NCBI GenBank assembly: GCA_035652075.1
Contig: DASREL010000107.1
Location: 12,385-76,384, forward strand
DNA from: Vicinamibacterales bacterium
GTDB taxonomy: Bacteria; Acidobacteriota; Vicinamibacteria; Vicinamibacterales; CAVVIG01
Direction of reading: 5' to 3'
DNA length: 64,000 nucleotides
Shown here: piece by piece, positions 28,355 through 37,850 of the stretch
Layout: each line of letters begins with the position of its first letter
How positions within the stretch are numbered: position 1 is the first letter of the stretch
The notes under the pieces: model-generated
What the model was told of the DNA's origin: nothing
Database searches by the model: none
The model's input: only the letters and a program-made list of their open reading frames with translations
Translations under genes and position numbers: made by a program

Positions 28355-28421
28355 ACGCATCCCACGCGAAGACGCCCGCGATGAACAGGGCGACCACGGT
28401 CAGCGGCAACACGTAGTCCAC
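28293..28421 (-). CDS. Possible 42-aa single-TM micro-protein, translationally coupled to the zinc-ribbon ORF
   Basis: The GTG overlaps the TAG of the upstream ORF (TAGTG). It encodes VDYVLPLTVVALFIAGVFAWDAFKRWRRDNEWKRRLRDRQNK. The frame is GC3-rich. It overlaps the MFS 3' end convergently. Confidence 0.35.
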   Translation of the reverse strand: MDYVLPLTVVALFIAGVFAWDAFKRWRRDNEWKRRLRDRQNK

Positions 28422-28717
28422 TACCGATCGTTCCTTTTCATGATGAGGTGATCGCAGTCCAGACAGCGGAAGTACTGGATGCGTGACTGGGCCGACGAGG
28501 CGCCAGCGCGGCGAATGTTCTCGCCGCCGCATGCCGGGCAGGTCGTTGCCGTCTTCTGCGGCGAGTCGCTGCCGCCGACGATGCCCATATGTCCGCAGCT
28601 CTCGCAGCGGATGAGGGTACCGCCAGTGGCCGGGTCGATGCCGAGCGCTCGCGTCGACTGTCCCGCGCACTTCGCACAGGGAGGTAATGATGAGCTATCG
28701 ATAGGACATATACTACC
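28421..28717 (-). CDS. Double zinc-ribbon ORF (four CxxC motifs) without a canonical start for its full length
   Basis: Not in the ORF track. The minus frame is open from 28717 to TAG 28423-28421. It encodes ...PPCAKCAGQSTRALGIDPATGGTLIRCESCGHMGIVGGSDSPQKTATTCPACGGENIRRAGASSAQSRIQYFRCLDCDHLIMKRNDR. GC3 bias is strong throughout. The only canonical start is ATG 28588, downstream of the first two CxxC motifs. Confidence 0.5.
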   Translation of the reverse strand, partial: GSICPIDSSSLPPCAKCAGQSTRALGIDPATGGTLIRCESCGHMGIVGGSDSPQKTATTCPACGGENIRRAGASSAQSRIQYFRCLDCDHLIMKRNDR

Positions 28718-28752
28718 TCAAAACTCGTTATAGTCCTATATAGTCATATAAA

Positions 28753-29433
28753 TTACCAACTAATGGGATGCCTGTTGCTGAAAAATTGCCCGGTCGGGCC
28801 GTTGGCTGGCTGCAGGGCGAGCCAGACAATCGTATCAGCGCCCTGCTCGACCGAGGTCGGGGCCCCCGGGCCACCCATCCGCGTTCGAACCCAGCCCGGA
28901 TTCACGCTGTTGACGAGGACGCCCATGCCGCGAGTGGCAGCGGCGAGTTGCACGGTGAATGCGTTCAGCGACGCCTTCGAGATCGAATACGCCGGCGCAT
29001 ACGTGCCCATCGACGAGAGCTGGCCGGCGGCCGAGGACACGTTGACGACCGATCCCGTGCGCCGCTCGACCATGCCTGGGACGAACGCCTGCGCGACCGC
29101 AATGGCGCCAAACACATTCGTTTCGAACGTCATGCGAAACTCGTCGATCGGGGTGGCGAGCAGGTCGCGGTCTTCGCCAATCAACACCGCCGCGTTGTTG
29201 ACGAGGATGTCGACGCGACCGAACTCGGCGAGGACAGTCCGCTTGCACGCGGCAATGCTGTCCGCGTTCGTGACGTCGAGGACGACGTCCACGTGACCAG
29301 GGTCACGTCCGGTCTTGATCACCGTCACGCCGGCGGCGGCGAGTTGTCTGGCCACCTCGAGTCCGATGCCGCGATTGGCGCCGGTGACGAGCGCGATTTT
29401 CACGGTAGGATCACTCCCACGCATGTCCGTCAT
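28753..29433 (-). CDS. SDR-family oxidoreductase
   Basis: KIALVTGANRGIGLE, NNAA, YSISKAS. The start may be GTG 29403 rather than ATG 29433. Confidence 0.85.
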   Translation of the reverse strand: MTDMRGSDPTVKIALVTGANRGIGLEVARQLAAAGVTVIKTGRDPGHVDVVLDVTNADSIAACKRTVLAEFGRVDILVNNAAVLIGEDRDLLATPIDEFRMTFETNVFGAIAVAQAFVPGMVERRTGSVVNVSSAAGQLSSMGTYAPAYSISKASLNAFTVQLAAATRGMGVLVNSVNPGWVRTRMGGPGAPTSVEQGADTIVWLALQPANGPTGQFFSNRHPISW

Positions 29434-30454
29434 TGTGATCCATTCCGATCGTTTTGCGGAACACCAGACGCCTCCCGGTCACCCGGAGCGGTCCGAACGT
29501 GCCGAGGTGTTCGACGCGGTCGCCTCGAAGTGGGCCGGCAAGGGGATTGAGGTGGTCGCGCCGCGACTCGCGACGCGCGAGCAACTCGCGCGCGTGCACG
29601 ACGTCGATTACATTCGTCGGATATCCGAGACGACGGGGCGTGCGCAAGCGCTCGATCCCGATACCTACACGTCGCCGGACTCGTACGAGGTCGCGCTGTT
29701 GGCCGCCGGTGCGGCCATCGACGCCGTCGAGCGAGTGATGGGTGGATCGCACCGCGCCGCGGTGGCGATGGTGCGTCCGCCCGGGCATCATGCCGAGCGC
29801 GACCGGGCGATGGGCTTCTGCGTGTTCAACAACGTGGCGGTGGCGGCCGCGCACGCGCACACGCTCGGCGCGGCGAAGGTGGCGATCGTCGACTACGACG
29901 TGCATCACGGCAACGGCACGCAGCACATCTTCGAACACGATAAACACGTCCTCTACGTGTCGACGCATCAGTATCCGTACTATCCCGGCACTGGCGCGGC
30001 CGACGAGATCGGTCTCGATCAGGCCGCCGGATTCACCGTCAACGTGCCGATGGAAGTGGGATCGGTCAACGAGGATTACCAACTCGTGTTCGCGCGGATC
30101 GTGACGCCGGTGCTGAAGCAGTTCGAGCCCGAACTCGTGATCATTTCGGCAGGGTACGACGCGCACGAACGCGATCCCCTCGGCGGCATGCGGGTCACGA
30201 CCGCCGCGTTCGGCGCGATGACGCTCGAGTTGCGCGCCGTGGCCGAAGAATGCTGCCGCGGACGCATCGTCGCCGTCACCGAAGGCGGCTACGACCTCGA
30301 AGGGCTCGGCACGTCGCTGGACGCGTCGATCGCGGTCCTCCACGCGCCGATGACCGCCCCCGAGTGGCCCGCGAGCGGCGTCGCCTCGTCGCGCGGACGT
30401 TTCGCGGTTGACGCGGTTCGTCAATCGCTCGGCGGGTACTGGAACTTACCCTGA
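29423..30454 (+). CDS. Histone deacetylase / acetoin utilisation (AcuC-like) family deacetylase
   Basis: HPERSER, RPPGHHA, DYDVHHGNGTQ, GGYD motifs. Confidence 0.85.
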   Translation: MSVIVIHSDRFAEHQTPPGHPERSERAEVFDAVASKWAGKGIEVVAPRLATREQLARVHDVDYIRRISETTGRAQALDPDTYTSPDSYEVALLAAGAAIDAVERVMGGSHRAAVAMVRPPGHHAERDRAMGFCVFNNVAVAAAHAHTLGAAKVAIVDYDVHHGNGTQHIFEHDKHVLYVSTHQYPYYPGTGAADEIGLDQAAGFTVNVPMEVGSVNEDYQLVFARIVTPVLKQFEPELVIISAGYDAHERDPLGGMRVTTAAFGAMTLELRAVAEECCRGRIVAVTEGGYDLEGLGTSLDASIAVLHAPMTAPEWPASGVASSRGRFAVDAVRQSLGGYWNLP

Positions 30455-30493
30455 CGATGTGCTACTGTCTCCTGTCGAAGCAGAAGGGGAGAC

Positions 30494-30811
30494 ATGGATC
30501 TGCCGCAGGGCACATTGGATCTGCTGATCCTGAAAGCGATCGCGCTCGAACCGCAGCACGGGTGGGCGATCTCGGAACGCATTCAGCAGTTCTCGAATAA
30601 CGCGCTGCGCGTCAATCAAGGTTCCCTCTATCCCGCGCTCCATCGTCTCGAACGCAAAGGCTGGATCAAAGCCGAGTGGGACGTCTCCGATAACAACCGC
30701 AAAGCGAAGTACTACGAGCTGACCGCGAAAGGGAAGCGGCAGCTCGCCGAGCAGACCGATGCATGGCGAGCGCTGACGGCTGCCGTTGGTCTGCTGCTGG
30801 ATCAGACGTAA
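30494..30811 (+). CDS. PadR-family transcriptional regulator (module 1)
   Basis: GTLDLLILKAIALEPQHGWAI...GSLYPALHRLERKGWIKAEW...KYYELTAKG. Confidence 0.9.
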   Translation: MDLPQGTLDLLILKAIALEPQHGWAISERIQQFSNNALRVNQGSLYPALHRLERKGWIKAEWDVSDNNRKAKYYELTAKGKRQLAEQTDAWRALTAAVGLLLDQT

Positions 30812-30866
30812 GCAGCCCTGAAGACTGCGCTACACACGAGGCGGCCCTGACGGGCTGCGCGACAAA
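30812..30866 (+). repeat. Two tandem copies of the 25-nt hairpin element GCAGSCCTGAAGGSCTGCGCTAC
   Basis: gcagccctgaagactgcgctacaca (30812-30836) and gcggccctgacgggctgcgcgacaaa (30841-30866). The second copy ends 2 nt before the permease ATG. Confidence 0.8.
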
Positions 30867-30868
30867 CG

Positions 30869-33484
30869 ATGCTGAGCGATCTGTTGTTCCGTCTACGTGC
30901 GCTGGTGCGCGGTCGTCGCCTCGACGAGGAGATGGCTGACGAGCTGCGCTTCCATCTCGAGCGCGAGATCGAGAAGCTCGTTCGGTCGGGAATGTCACGC
31001 GACGAGGCGACACGCCAGGCGCGTCTCGCTTTCGGGGGCATCGACCAGACAAAGGACGCGTGTCGTGATGCGCGCGGGATCTCGTTCGTCGAGACGCTGC
31101 TGCAGGACGTGCGCTACGGCGTCCGAGCGATGCGTCGGAGCCCGGCTTCTGCGATGGCGACAATCGTCACGATTGCGTTGTCGTCCGCCGCGATCGCGAC
31201 CGTGGCGAGTCTGGGCTACACATTGCTGTGGCGTCCGCTGACAGTCGATCGGCCGAACGAGGTGGTCGCCATCACCGCCGCACATGGACGTGCGAACGAC
31301 GGAATCGCCGCGTATCCCGTCTCGTATCCGGACTACGTATCGTTTCGCGATCGGACGACAACGCTCGCTGCGCTCGCGGCGCACTATCCGTTCGCGCCGC
31401 TATTCGTGACGGCAAACGGCACGGCGAGGGAAGTCAACGGCGCGGTCGTCTCCGCGAATTATTTTTCGCTGCTCGGCATCGAGCCAGAGCAGGGGCGCTT
31501 TTTTCACGCCGACGAGGACCGTGTGCCGGATCGCGATCGCGTCGCCGTCATCGGTCACGATTTCTGGCGGACATGGCTCAACGCGTCGCCAACGGCGATC
31601 GGATCGTCACTGACGGTCAATGGCGTACCCGTCACGATTATCGGCATTGCACCCGCGAGCGTTCCGATGCTGACGCCGGTGCGCGTCAACATCTATATCC
31701 CCACGATGATGCTGCGGGTCGGCTATCGGTGGTGCGATGCGCTCAACGACAACACGTGCAACACGCTGCAGATGGTCGGCCGGCTGGCGCCGGATCGCAC
31801 GCTCGAGGACGCGAACACCGAATTTGCGGCGATCCTGCCGGCGAAATGGAAAAGCGCGCCAATCGGCCAGAACCGCGGCGTCCTCGTTCGTCGTCCGCGC
31901 GGGATGTCCGAGGACGATGACGAGCCACGATTCGTGGCGATCCTCGCAGGCGCGGCCATCGTTCTCTGGATCGTCTGCTGCATCAACCTGGCCGGGCTGC
32001 TGACGGCGCAGTCATCGGCACGCGCACCCGAATTCGCGATCCGCGTGTCGCTCGGCGCCGGTCGCATCCGCATCATCCGCCAGGTCGTCACCGAGTCGTT
32101 GCTGCTCGCGACGATCGGCGGCATCGGCGGCGTTCTGGTGTCGCGCGGTTTCATCGCGGTGCTCGCACGCATGTTCTTCTCGACAGATGACGAAGGGCAT
32201 GTGCTGTTCTACGACTTCAGCCCGACAACGTGGATCGTCGTCGCGACGGTGGCGGCAGCGCTTGCTGCAGGGCTGATCTTCAGCGTGATTCCGGCACTCA
32301 ACGCGGTCAATCGAGCCAACGTCACGGCGGCGACACGAACGGCGAGCGGTCGCTGGTCGACGACGCGATGGCTGCTGGGCGCGCAGGCGGCCGCTGCCGT
32401 TGCGATGATCGGCACGGCAGCGCTGCTCTACGGAAGCGCGCGGATGATTCTCGCCGGCCGCCACTACGACACGTCTCACGTGGCATTGATGCGGCTTCGG
32501 CCGCGACTGCTGAAATACACGCCGGAACGGGCGCAGCGATTTCAGCACGACGTGATTCGTCGGCTTGCGGCGCTCCCGTCGGTCGAGTCCGCAAGCCTGG
32601 TTGGTGTGGGTGCTGTCCTCGGCGGCGGGACCGCGACGCTGAATACCCACATGCGCGTGCGCTACAACGAAATCGGCCCCGCCTATTTCGCCACGCTCAG
32701 GGCGCCGCTCGTCGCGGGCCGTGAGTTCGACGAGCGAGACACCCTGCAATCACCGCGAGTCGCGATCGTCAACGAAACGCTGGCGTCGCGGTTGGCGCCT
32801 GCAAGTCAAGCGCTGGGGGCAGCCGTGACCATTGACGGGACGACGTATCGGGTCGTCGGTGTTGTCGCGGACCTCACGCTGCAAGCGCGCAATCACGAGG
32901 CAGAGCCCTGGGCGTACACGCCGTTCTGGCAAAACGCTGGCGAGATCGACTCACGCCTGGCCGTTCGGGTCTCCGGCGATCCAGCTACGGCGCTGTCAGC
33001 GCTCGCACGCGAGGTCCACGCAGTCGATCCGGACGTGCCGATCGCCGAAACGATCACGCTGCCGACGCAAATGGAGGGTCTCACCCGCCCGATTCGGGTC
33101 GGCGCGGTGTTCGTCGGCTACGCCGCAGCGCTGGCGACGATGCTGACCGCGGTCGGCCTGTATGGTGCGCTCGCGTCGGCAGTCGCACGACGAACGAAAG
33201 AAATCGGCATCCGGCTCGCGCTCGGCGCACGGCGGCAGCAGGTCGTCGGGGCGATCGTGCGCGACGGGGTTCTTCTCGTGACGGTCGGCAGCATGGTCGG
33301 CATGCTGCTCGCTCGGGCCGCGTCGCGTGCCGTCGTCCACTTGTTGTACGGATCGCCGGCCGGCGACTGGATGCTGTTTGCCGCGGCCGCGCTGGCCGTC
33401 GTCACCGTTGGTGTGGTGGCATCGCTCCTCCCCGCACGCCGCGCGGCGGCCGTCGAACCGATTTCCGCGCTGCGCCAAGAGTAG
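30869..33484 (+). CDS. ADOP-type duplicated FtsX/MacB-like ABC permease (module 1)
   Basis: N-terminal cytoplasmic helix region (LRFHLEREIEKL...). Two blocks of 4 TM helices, each with a large periplasmic domain. C-terminal KEIGIRLALGA FtsX motif. No adjacent ATPase. Confidence 0.85.
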   Translation: MLSDLLFRLRALVRGRRLDEEMADELRFHLEREIEKLVRSGMSRDEATRQARLAFGGIDQTKDACRDARGISFVETLLQDVRYGVRAMRRSPASAMATIVTIALSSAAIATVASLGYTLLWRPLTVDRPNEVVAITAAHGRANDGIAAYPVSYPDYVSFRDRTTTLAALAAHYPFAPLFVTANGTAREVNGAVVSANYFSLLGIEPEQGRFFHADEDRVPDRDRVAVIGHDFWRTWLNASPTAIGSSLTVNGVPVTIIGIAPASVPMLTPVRVNIYIPTMMLRVGYRWCDALNDNTCNTLQMVGRLAPDRTLEDANTEFAAILPAKWKSAPIGQNRGVLVRRPRGMSEDDDEPRFVAILAGAAIVLWIVCCINLAGLLTAQSSARAPEFAIRVSLGAGRIRIIRQVVTESLLLATIGGIGGVLVSRGFIAVLARMFFSTDDEGHVLFYDFSPTTWIVVATVAAALAAGLIFSVIPALNAVNRANVTAATRTASGRWSTTRWLLGAQAAAAVAMIGTAALLYGSARMILAGRHYDTSHVALMRLRPRLLKYTPERAQRFQHDVIRRLAALPSVESASLVGVGAVLGGGTATLNTHMRVRYNEIGPAYFATLRAPLVAGREFDERDTLQSPRVAIVNETLASRLAPASQALGAAVTIDGTTYRVVGVVADLTLQARNHEAEPWAYTPFWQNAGEIDSRLAVRVSGDPATALSALAREVHAVDPDVPIAETITLPTQMEGLTRPIRVGAVFVGYAAALATMLTAVGLYGALASAVARRTKEIGIRLALGARRQQVVGAIVRDGVLLVTVGSMVGMLLARAASRAVVHLLYGSPAGDWMLFAAAALAVVTVGVVASLLPARRAAAVEPISALRQE

Positions 33485-33496
33485 AATTAGAGGTGG

Positions 33497-36037
33497 ATGA
33501 CCGAGTTCAAACCACAAGCCCTCGACAAGAAGTGGCAGCAGGCGTGGACTGACGCGAACGCGTTCGAAGTCCAGATCGATCCCTCGCGCGAGAAGTTCTA
33601 CACGCTCGAAATGTTCGCGTATCCGTCGGGCCACGCGCACGTCGGACACGTTCGCAATTACATCATCGGGGACGTCTGTGCGCGGACGAAGCGGATGCGC
33701 GGCTTCAACGTCCTCCATCCGTTCGGGTGGGACGCTTTCGGCCTGCCCGCCGAGAACGCCGCCATCAAGACCGGCACGCATCCCGAGGCCTCGACGCTCG
33801 CCAACATCGCCCACATGAAAGGGCAGTTGCAGCGCCTCGGCATCAGCTACGCGTGGGATCGCGAGATCGCGACCTGCCTGCCGGACTATTACAAGTTCAA
33901 CCAGTGGATTTTCCTCAAGATGTACGAGCGCGGGCTCGCCGTGCGCCGGCGCTCGACGGTCAACTGGTGTCCGAAAGACGAAACGGTCCTCGCCAACGAG
34001 CAGGTGATCGATGGAGCCTGCTGGCGCTGCGGGACGACGGTCGTCGCGCGCGAACTCGAGCAGTGGTTCTTCCGCATCACCGCATACGCCGACGAGTTGC
34101 TCCAAGGCCTCGACACGCTGAAAGAGTGGCCCGAAAAAGTCGTCGTCATGCAGCGCAACTGGATCGGCCGATCCGAAGGGGCGCGGGTCAAGTTCGCGAT
34201 TGCCGGCAGCCAGCAGCCAGCATCCGGCAGCGATGCGATCGAGGTGTTCACGACCCGTATCGACACGATCTTCGGCGCGACGTTCGTGCTGCTGGCGCCC
34301 GAGCACCCGCTGGTCGAGAGATTCGCCGCCGAAAGCAGCGATCCGAAAGGGTTCCGCGATCGCGCCGCGAAACTGCGCGCGACCGACCGCGAAGCGCGGC
34401 TGACCGGCGCGACGAAGGAAGGATTCGACACCGGACGAAAGGCCATCAACCCGTTCACGAACGAAGAGATTCCGATCTGGGTCGCCAACTTCGTGCTGGC
34501 TGAGTACGGCACCGGTGCGCTGATGGCGGTCCCCGCGCACGACGAACGCGACTTCGAATTCGCCAGGAAATTCAACCTGCCGATCCGCGTCGTCGTCACG
34601 CATGGCGACGACACGCCGGTGGCGGATTCGATGTCGATGGCGACGACCAACTACGGGACGCTTGTCAATTCGGGTCCGTGGAACGGCAAGCAGGCCCCCG
34701 CGGTGATGACCGAGATGATCCGCGACGCCGAATCGCGCGGCATCGGCAAGGGCGAGGTGCAGTACCGGTTGAAGGACTGGGGCATTTCGCGTCAGCGGTA
34801 CTGGGGCACGCCGATCCCGATGATCTACTGCGAGAAGGATGGCATCGTGCCGGTCCCGTACGCCGACCTGCCGGTGAGGCTGCCGAAGTTCGCGAGCTTC
34901 ACCGGTCGCGGCGACTCTCCGCTCGCGCAGGTGCCAGAATTCGTCAACGTCACGTGTCCAACGTGCGGCGGTCCCGCCAGGCGCGAGACCGATACGATGG
35001 ACACGTTCGTCGACTCGTCCTGGTATTTCCTGCGGTTCGCCGATCCGAAGAACAGCGAGCTGCCGTTCGATCCGGTGGCTGCCGGCTACTGGATGCCCGT
35101 CGATTTCTACAGCGGCGGCGTCGAGCACGCGATCCTGCACTTGCTGTATTCGCGGTTCTTCACGCGCGTCCTCCGCGACGTCGGCCTGGTGAACTTCGAT
35201 GAACCGTTCAAGCGACTGCTGACACAGGGGATGGTGCTGAAGAACGGCGCCGTCATGTCGAAGTCGAAAGGCAACGTCGTCGATCCCGACGACATGCTGC
35301 AGAAGTACGGCGCCGATGCGCTGCGTCTCTACGTCATGTTCGTGGCGCCGCCGGAGAAGGAAGTGGAGTGGAGCGATGCCGGCCTCGAGGGCAGCTTCCG
35401 CTTCCTCGTCCGCGTCTGGCGTATGGTCGATCACTGGTGCGAGACGATTGGCGGGGAAGGCATCCCGGCGTGCGGCGACGACTGCCTCGAGAGCGAACGC
35501 GCGCTGCGCCGGAAGACGCATCAGACGATCCAGCGCGTGACCGTTGACATCGAGGAACGGATGCACCTGAACACGGCCGTCTCGTCGCTGATGGAGCTCG
35601 TCAACGAGCTGTATGCGTTCAGCGAAACCACCGCGCACGGTGCGCCGACGAAGGCGGAGCCGGCCGCGGGACGCGTCGAGCGTCCGCAGACGATCGCGGC
35701 GCTGCGCGAAGCGATCGACGCGCTCGTCGTGATGATCTCGCCGTTCGCGCCGCACATGGCCGAAGAGCTGTGGCAGATGCTCGGTCATCCAGACACGCTG
35801 ACGAAGGCGAAGTGGCCGGCGTTCGATCCGGCGATCGCCAAGGCTGACGAAGTCGTCGTCCCGGTGCAGGTCAACGGCAAGGTGCGCGGCCGTGTCACCG
35901 CGCCCGCCGATGCGAGCGCGGATCAGCTGCGCGAGCTCGCGCTCGCCGATCCTGGCGTGCAAACGCACACGGCGGGGAAGACGGTGCTGAAGGTGCTCAT
36001 TGGGAAAGGACCCATCGTCAGTGTCGTTGTCAAATAG
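33497..36037 (+). CDS. leuS: Leucyl-tRNA synthetase
   Basis: [14 protein letters not shown] (HIGH) and VMSKSKGN (KMSKS). GAGGTGG Shine-Dalgarno sequence. Confidence 0.95.
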   Translation: MTEFKPQALDKKWQQAWTDANAFEVQIDPSREKFYTLEMFAYPSGHAHVGHVRNYIIGDVCARTKRMRGFNVLHPFGWDAFGLPAENAAIKTGTHPEASTLANIAHMKGQLQRLGISYAWDREIATCLPDYYKFNQWIFLKMYERGLAVRRRSTVNWCPKDETVLANEQVIDGACWRCGTTVVARELEQWFFRITAYADELLQGLDTLKEWPEKVVVMQRNWIGRSEGARVKFAIAGSQQPASGSDAIEVFTTRIDTIFGATFVLLAPEHPLVERFAAESSDPKGFRDRAAKLRATDREARLTGATKEGFDTGRKAINPFTNEEIPIWVANFVLAEYGTGALMAVPAHDERDFEFARKFNLPIRVVVTHGDDTPVADSMSMATTNYGTLVNSGPWNGKQAPAVMTEMIRDAESRGIGKGEVQYRLKDWGISRQRYWGTPIPMIYCEKDGIVPVPYADLPVRLPKFASFTGRGDSPLAQVPEFVNVTCPTCGGPARRETDTMDTFVDSSWYFLRFADPKNSELPFDPVAAGYWMPVDFYSGGVEHAILHLLYSRFFTRVLRDVGLVNFDEPFKRLLTQGMVLKNGAVMSKSKGNVVDPDDMLQKYGADALRLYVMFVAPPEKEVEWSDAGLEGSFRFLVRVWRMVDHWCETIGGEGIPACGDDCLESERALRRKTHQTIQRVTVDIEERMHLNTAVSSLMELVNELYAFSETTAHGAPTKAEPAAGRVERPQTIAALREAIDALVVMISPFAPHMAEELWQMLGHPDTLTKAKWPAFDPAIAKADEVVVPVQVNGKVRGRVTAPADASADQLRELALADPGVQTHTAGKTVLKVLIGKGPIVSVVVK

Positions 36038-36608
36038 ACGTCAACCACGGAACGCACGGAACCCACGGAAACTGTTCTTGTTCTGTGCGTTCTGTGCCTT
36101 CTGTGGTTGTCTTTCGTCAGGATGCGGGTACGCGCTCGCGGGCCGTGGATCCTTCTTGCCCGCCTATATCCAGACGATCGGCGTCCCGGCGTTCACGAAC
36201 CGCACCACGGTTTTCAACCTCGAGACGCTGTTGACGACGAAGGTCCGATCGGAATTCATCGGCCGCGGCAAGTATCAGGTGCTGCCGCAGAACACCGGCG
36301 TGGACGGGCTGCTGACCGGCGAAGTAACGGCGGTGACGATTACGCCGGTCGGGTTCAATCCGAACCAGGCCAACCTCGCGACCAGTTACAGCGTCACGAT
36401 GACCGCGCGGATCGAGTTCAGGGATCTCCACGAAAACAAAGTGCTGTGGGAAAATCCTGCGGTGATGTTCCGCCAGGATTACCCGGCCACGAGCGGCGCG
36501 CCGATCGGCAACCCCGTCGCGTTCTTCCAGCAGGACGCCAGCGCGCTCGAGCGCATGACCTCCGAGTTCGCGCGGACCATCGTCAGCTCCATCCTGGAAG
36601 CTTTCTGA
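36021..36608 (+). CDS. lptE: LPS-assembly lipoprotein LptE-like
   Basis: Lipobox-like LSSGC, then [12 protein letters not shown]...IGVPAFTN. Conserved leuS-lptE-holA order. The start is uncertain (GTG 36021, TTG 36027 or TTG 36000). Confidence 0.7.
   Translation: MSLSNRRQPRNARNPRKLFLFCAFCAFCGCLSSGCGYALAGRGSFLPAYIQTIGVPAFTNRTTVFNLETLLTTKVRSEFIGRGKYQVLPQNTGVDGLLTGEVTAVTITPVGFNPNQANLATSYSVTMTARIEFRDLHENKVLWENPAVMFRQDYPATSGAPIGNPVAFFQQDASALERMTSEFARTIVSSILEAF
36046..36105. repeat. Heptamer-array hairpin: CACGGAA x3 followed by TTCTGTG x3, period 9
   Basis: CACGGAA at 36046, 36055 and 36064. TTCTGTG at 36081, 36090 and 36099. Confidence 0.9.
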
Positions 36609-36609
36609 T

Positions 36610-37578
36610 TTGGCCACACTGACCGTTGCCGCCGTCCGCAAGCAAATCGAGTCAGGCGAGACCGATCCGATTTACCTGCTGACCGGTGAAGACGACATCG
36701 AGAAGTCGGCGCTCGCCGGCCATTTCGCCGAACTGGTCGACGAAGGGCTGCGCGCGTTCAACGTCGAACGGATCCACGCGGGCGAGTGGACGACGGGCGA
36801 CAAGCTGACGGACGGTGTGTCGTCGCTCATCGATGCGGCGCGAACGCTGCCGATGATGGCGCCGCGGCGTGTCGTCATCGTGCAGCAGGCCGAAGCGCTC
36901 CTGACGCCGAAACGCGAGAGCGACGCGGCGACCAAGGCGCTCGCGCAGCTCGAATCGCTACTCAACGCGCCCGAAAAAGAGACGACGATCGTGTTCGTGG
37001 CCGCGTCCGTCGATCGGCGCAGCCGCATGTTCAAGCTGCTGCAGAAGGTCGGGACCATCGTCGAATGCGGCGTGATTGCGGATCAGGCCGACGCCGAACG
37101 ATGGATTCGCAACCGCGTGGCCGCGAACGGTGTGGAGATCGATCCTGCGGCCGCGCGGGCGCTCGCTCAGCGTGCCGGCCCGGACGTCCGGCGCCTGCGG
37201 TCCGAAATCGATCGGCTCCTGCTCTACGCGTACGGCCAGAAGAAGATTGGGATGGACGACGCGCGGGCGATTGCGGGTCCGGCGGCGCTGCAGGACGACT
37301 GGGCGATGGCGAACGCGATCGAAGCGGGGCAGCCGGGCGAAGCGCTGCGTCAGCTGGCGTTGATTCTCGACAACGGAGCGGCGCCGGAGATGGTGCTCGG
37401 TCAGCTTGGCTGGCTGGTGCGCGCCAAGTTTCCACAGCTCGCGCCGGCGACGGTGCCCGGCGCGGTCGATGCGGTGTTCCGCACGGATCTCGACCTCAAA
37501 CTCTCGGCCGGAGATCCGCGCGTTCTGCTGGAACGATTGATCGTGGAGTTATGCGCGCGACGCCAGGCGCGTCGATAG
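36610..37578 (+). CDS. holA: DNA polymerase III delta subunit HolA
   Basis: Family-typical N-terminus (IYLLTGEDDIEK) and length. Synteny after lptE. TTG start. Confidence 0.8.
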   Translation: MATLTVAAVRKQIESGETDPIYLLTGEDDIEKSALAGHFAELVDEGLRAFNVERIHAGEWTTGDKLTDGVSSLIDAARTLPMMAPRRVVIVQQAEALLTPKRESDAATKALAQLESLLNAPEKETTIVFVAASVDRRSRMFKLLQKVGTIVECGVIADQADAERWIRNRVAANGVEIDPAAARALAQRAGPDVRRLRSEIDRLLLYAYGQKKIGMDDARAIAGPAALQDDWAMANAIEAGQPGEALRQLALILDNGAAPEMVLGQLGWLVRAKFPQLAPATVPGAVDAVFRTDLDLKLSAGDPRVLLERLIVELCARRQARR

Positions 37579-37812
37579 ACGGGACTTGTAGCGGCCGCCG
37601 GCGTTCTTGTGGATGATGCCCTTGGCGACCATCCGATCGATCAGCGAAATCGTGTCCTGCAGCGCCGACTTGGCCGCCTTCAGGTCGTTACCCGCAATCG
37701 CCGCCCGAACGTTCTTCAACGCGCCGCGCAGGCGCGACCGGAACTGCCGATTGTGCTCCCGGTTCTTGAGACTCTGTTTGTGCGCCTTCAGCGCGGATGC
37801 ATGACTAGCCAC
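37549..37812 (-). CDS. rpsT: 30S ribosomal protein S20
   Basis: ASHASALKAHKQSLKNREHNRQFRSRLR...IHKNAGGRYKSRL. GTG start. 30-nt convergent overlap with holA. Confidence 0.95.
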   Translation of the reverse strand: MASHASALKAHKQSLKNREHNRQFRSRLRGALKNVRAAIAGNDLKAAKSALQDTISLIDRMVAKGIIHKNAGGRYKSRLSTRLASRA

Positions 37813-37850
37813 GGTTCAGACAGTCCTCCAAAAACACGATCTTAGCACGT

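Noticed and set aside
28479-28733. 84-aa plus-strand ORF in the MFS/SDR gap
   Set aside because: The opposite strand carries a GC3-rich frame with four regularly spaced CxxC motifs, which explains the region better. The plus-strand translation has no motifs and runs into the AT-rich island.
32996-35968. 990-aa minus-strand ORF antisense to leuS
   Set aside because: This is a shadow ORF typical of GC-rich DNA. Its composition is Arg/Asp/His/Gly-rich with no family motifs. The plus strand carries unmistakable LeuS HIGH and KMSKS motifs over the same span.
37549-37578. 30-nt convergent overlap of holA and rpsT as a regulatory antisense feature. The 62-nt MFS/micro-ORF overlap at 28293-28354 is a similar case.
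   Set aside because: Convergent 3' overlaps are common in compact GC-rich genomes. Nothing in the sequence, such as a hairpin or conserved motif, singles them out.
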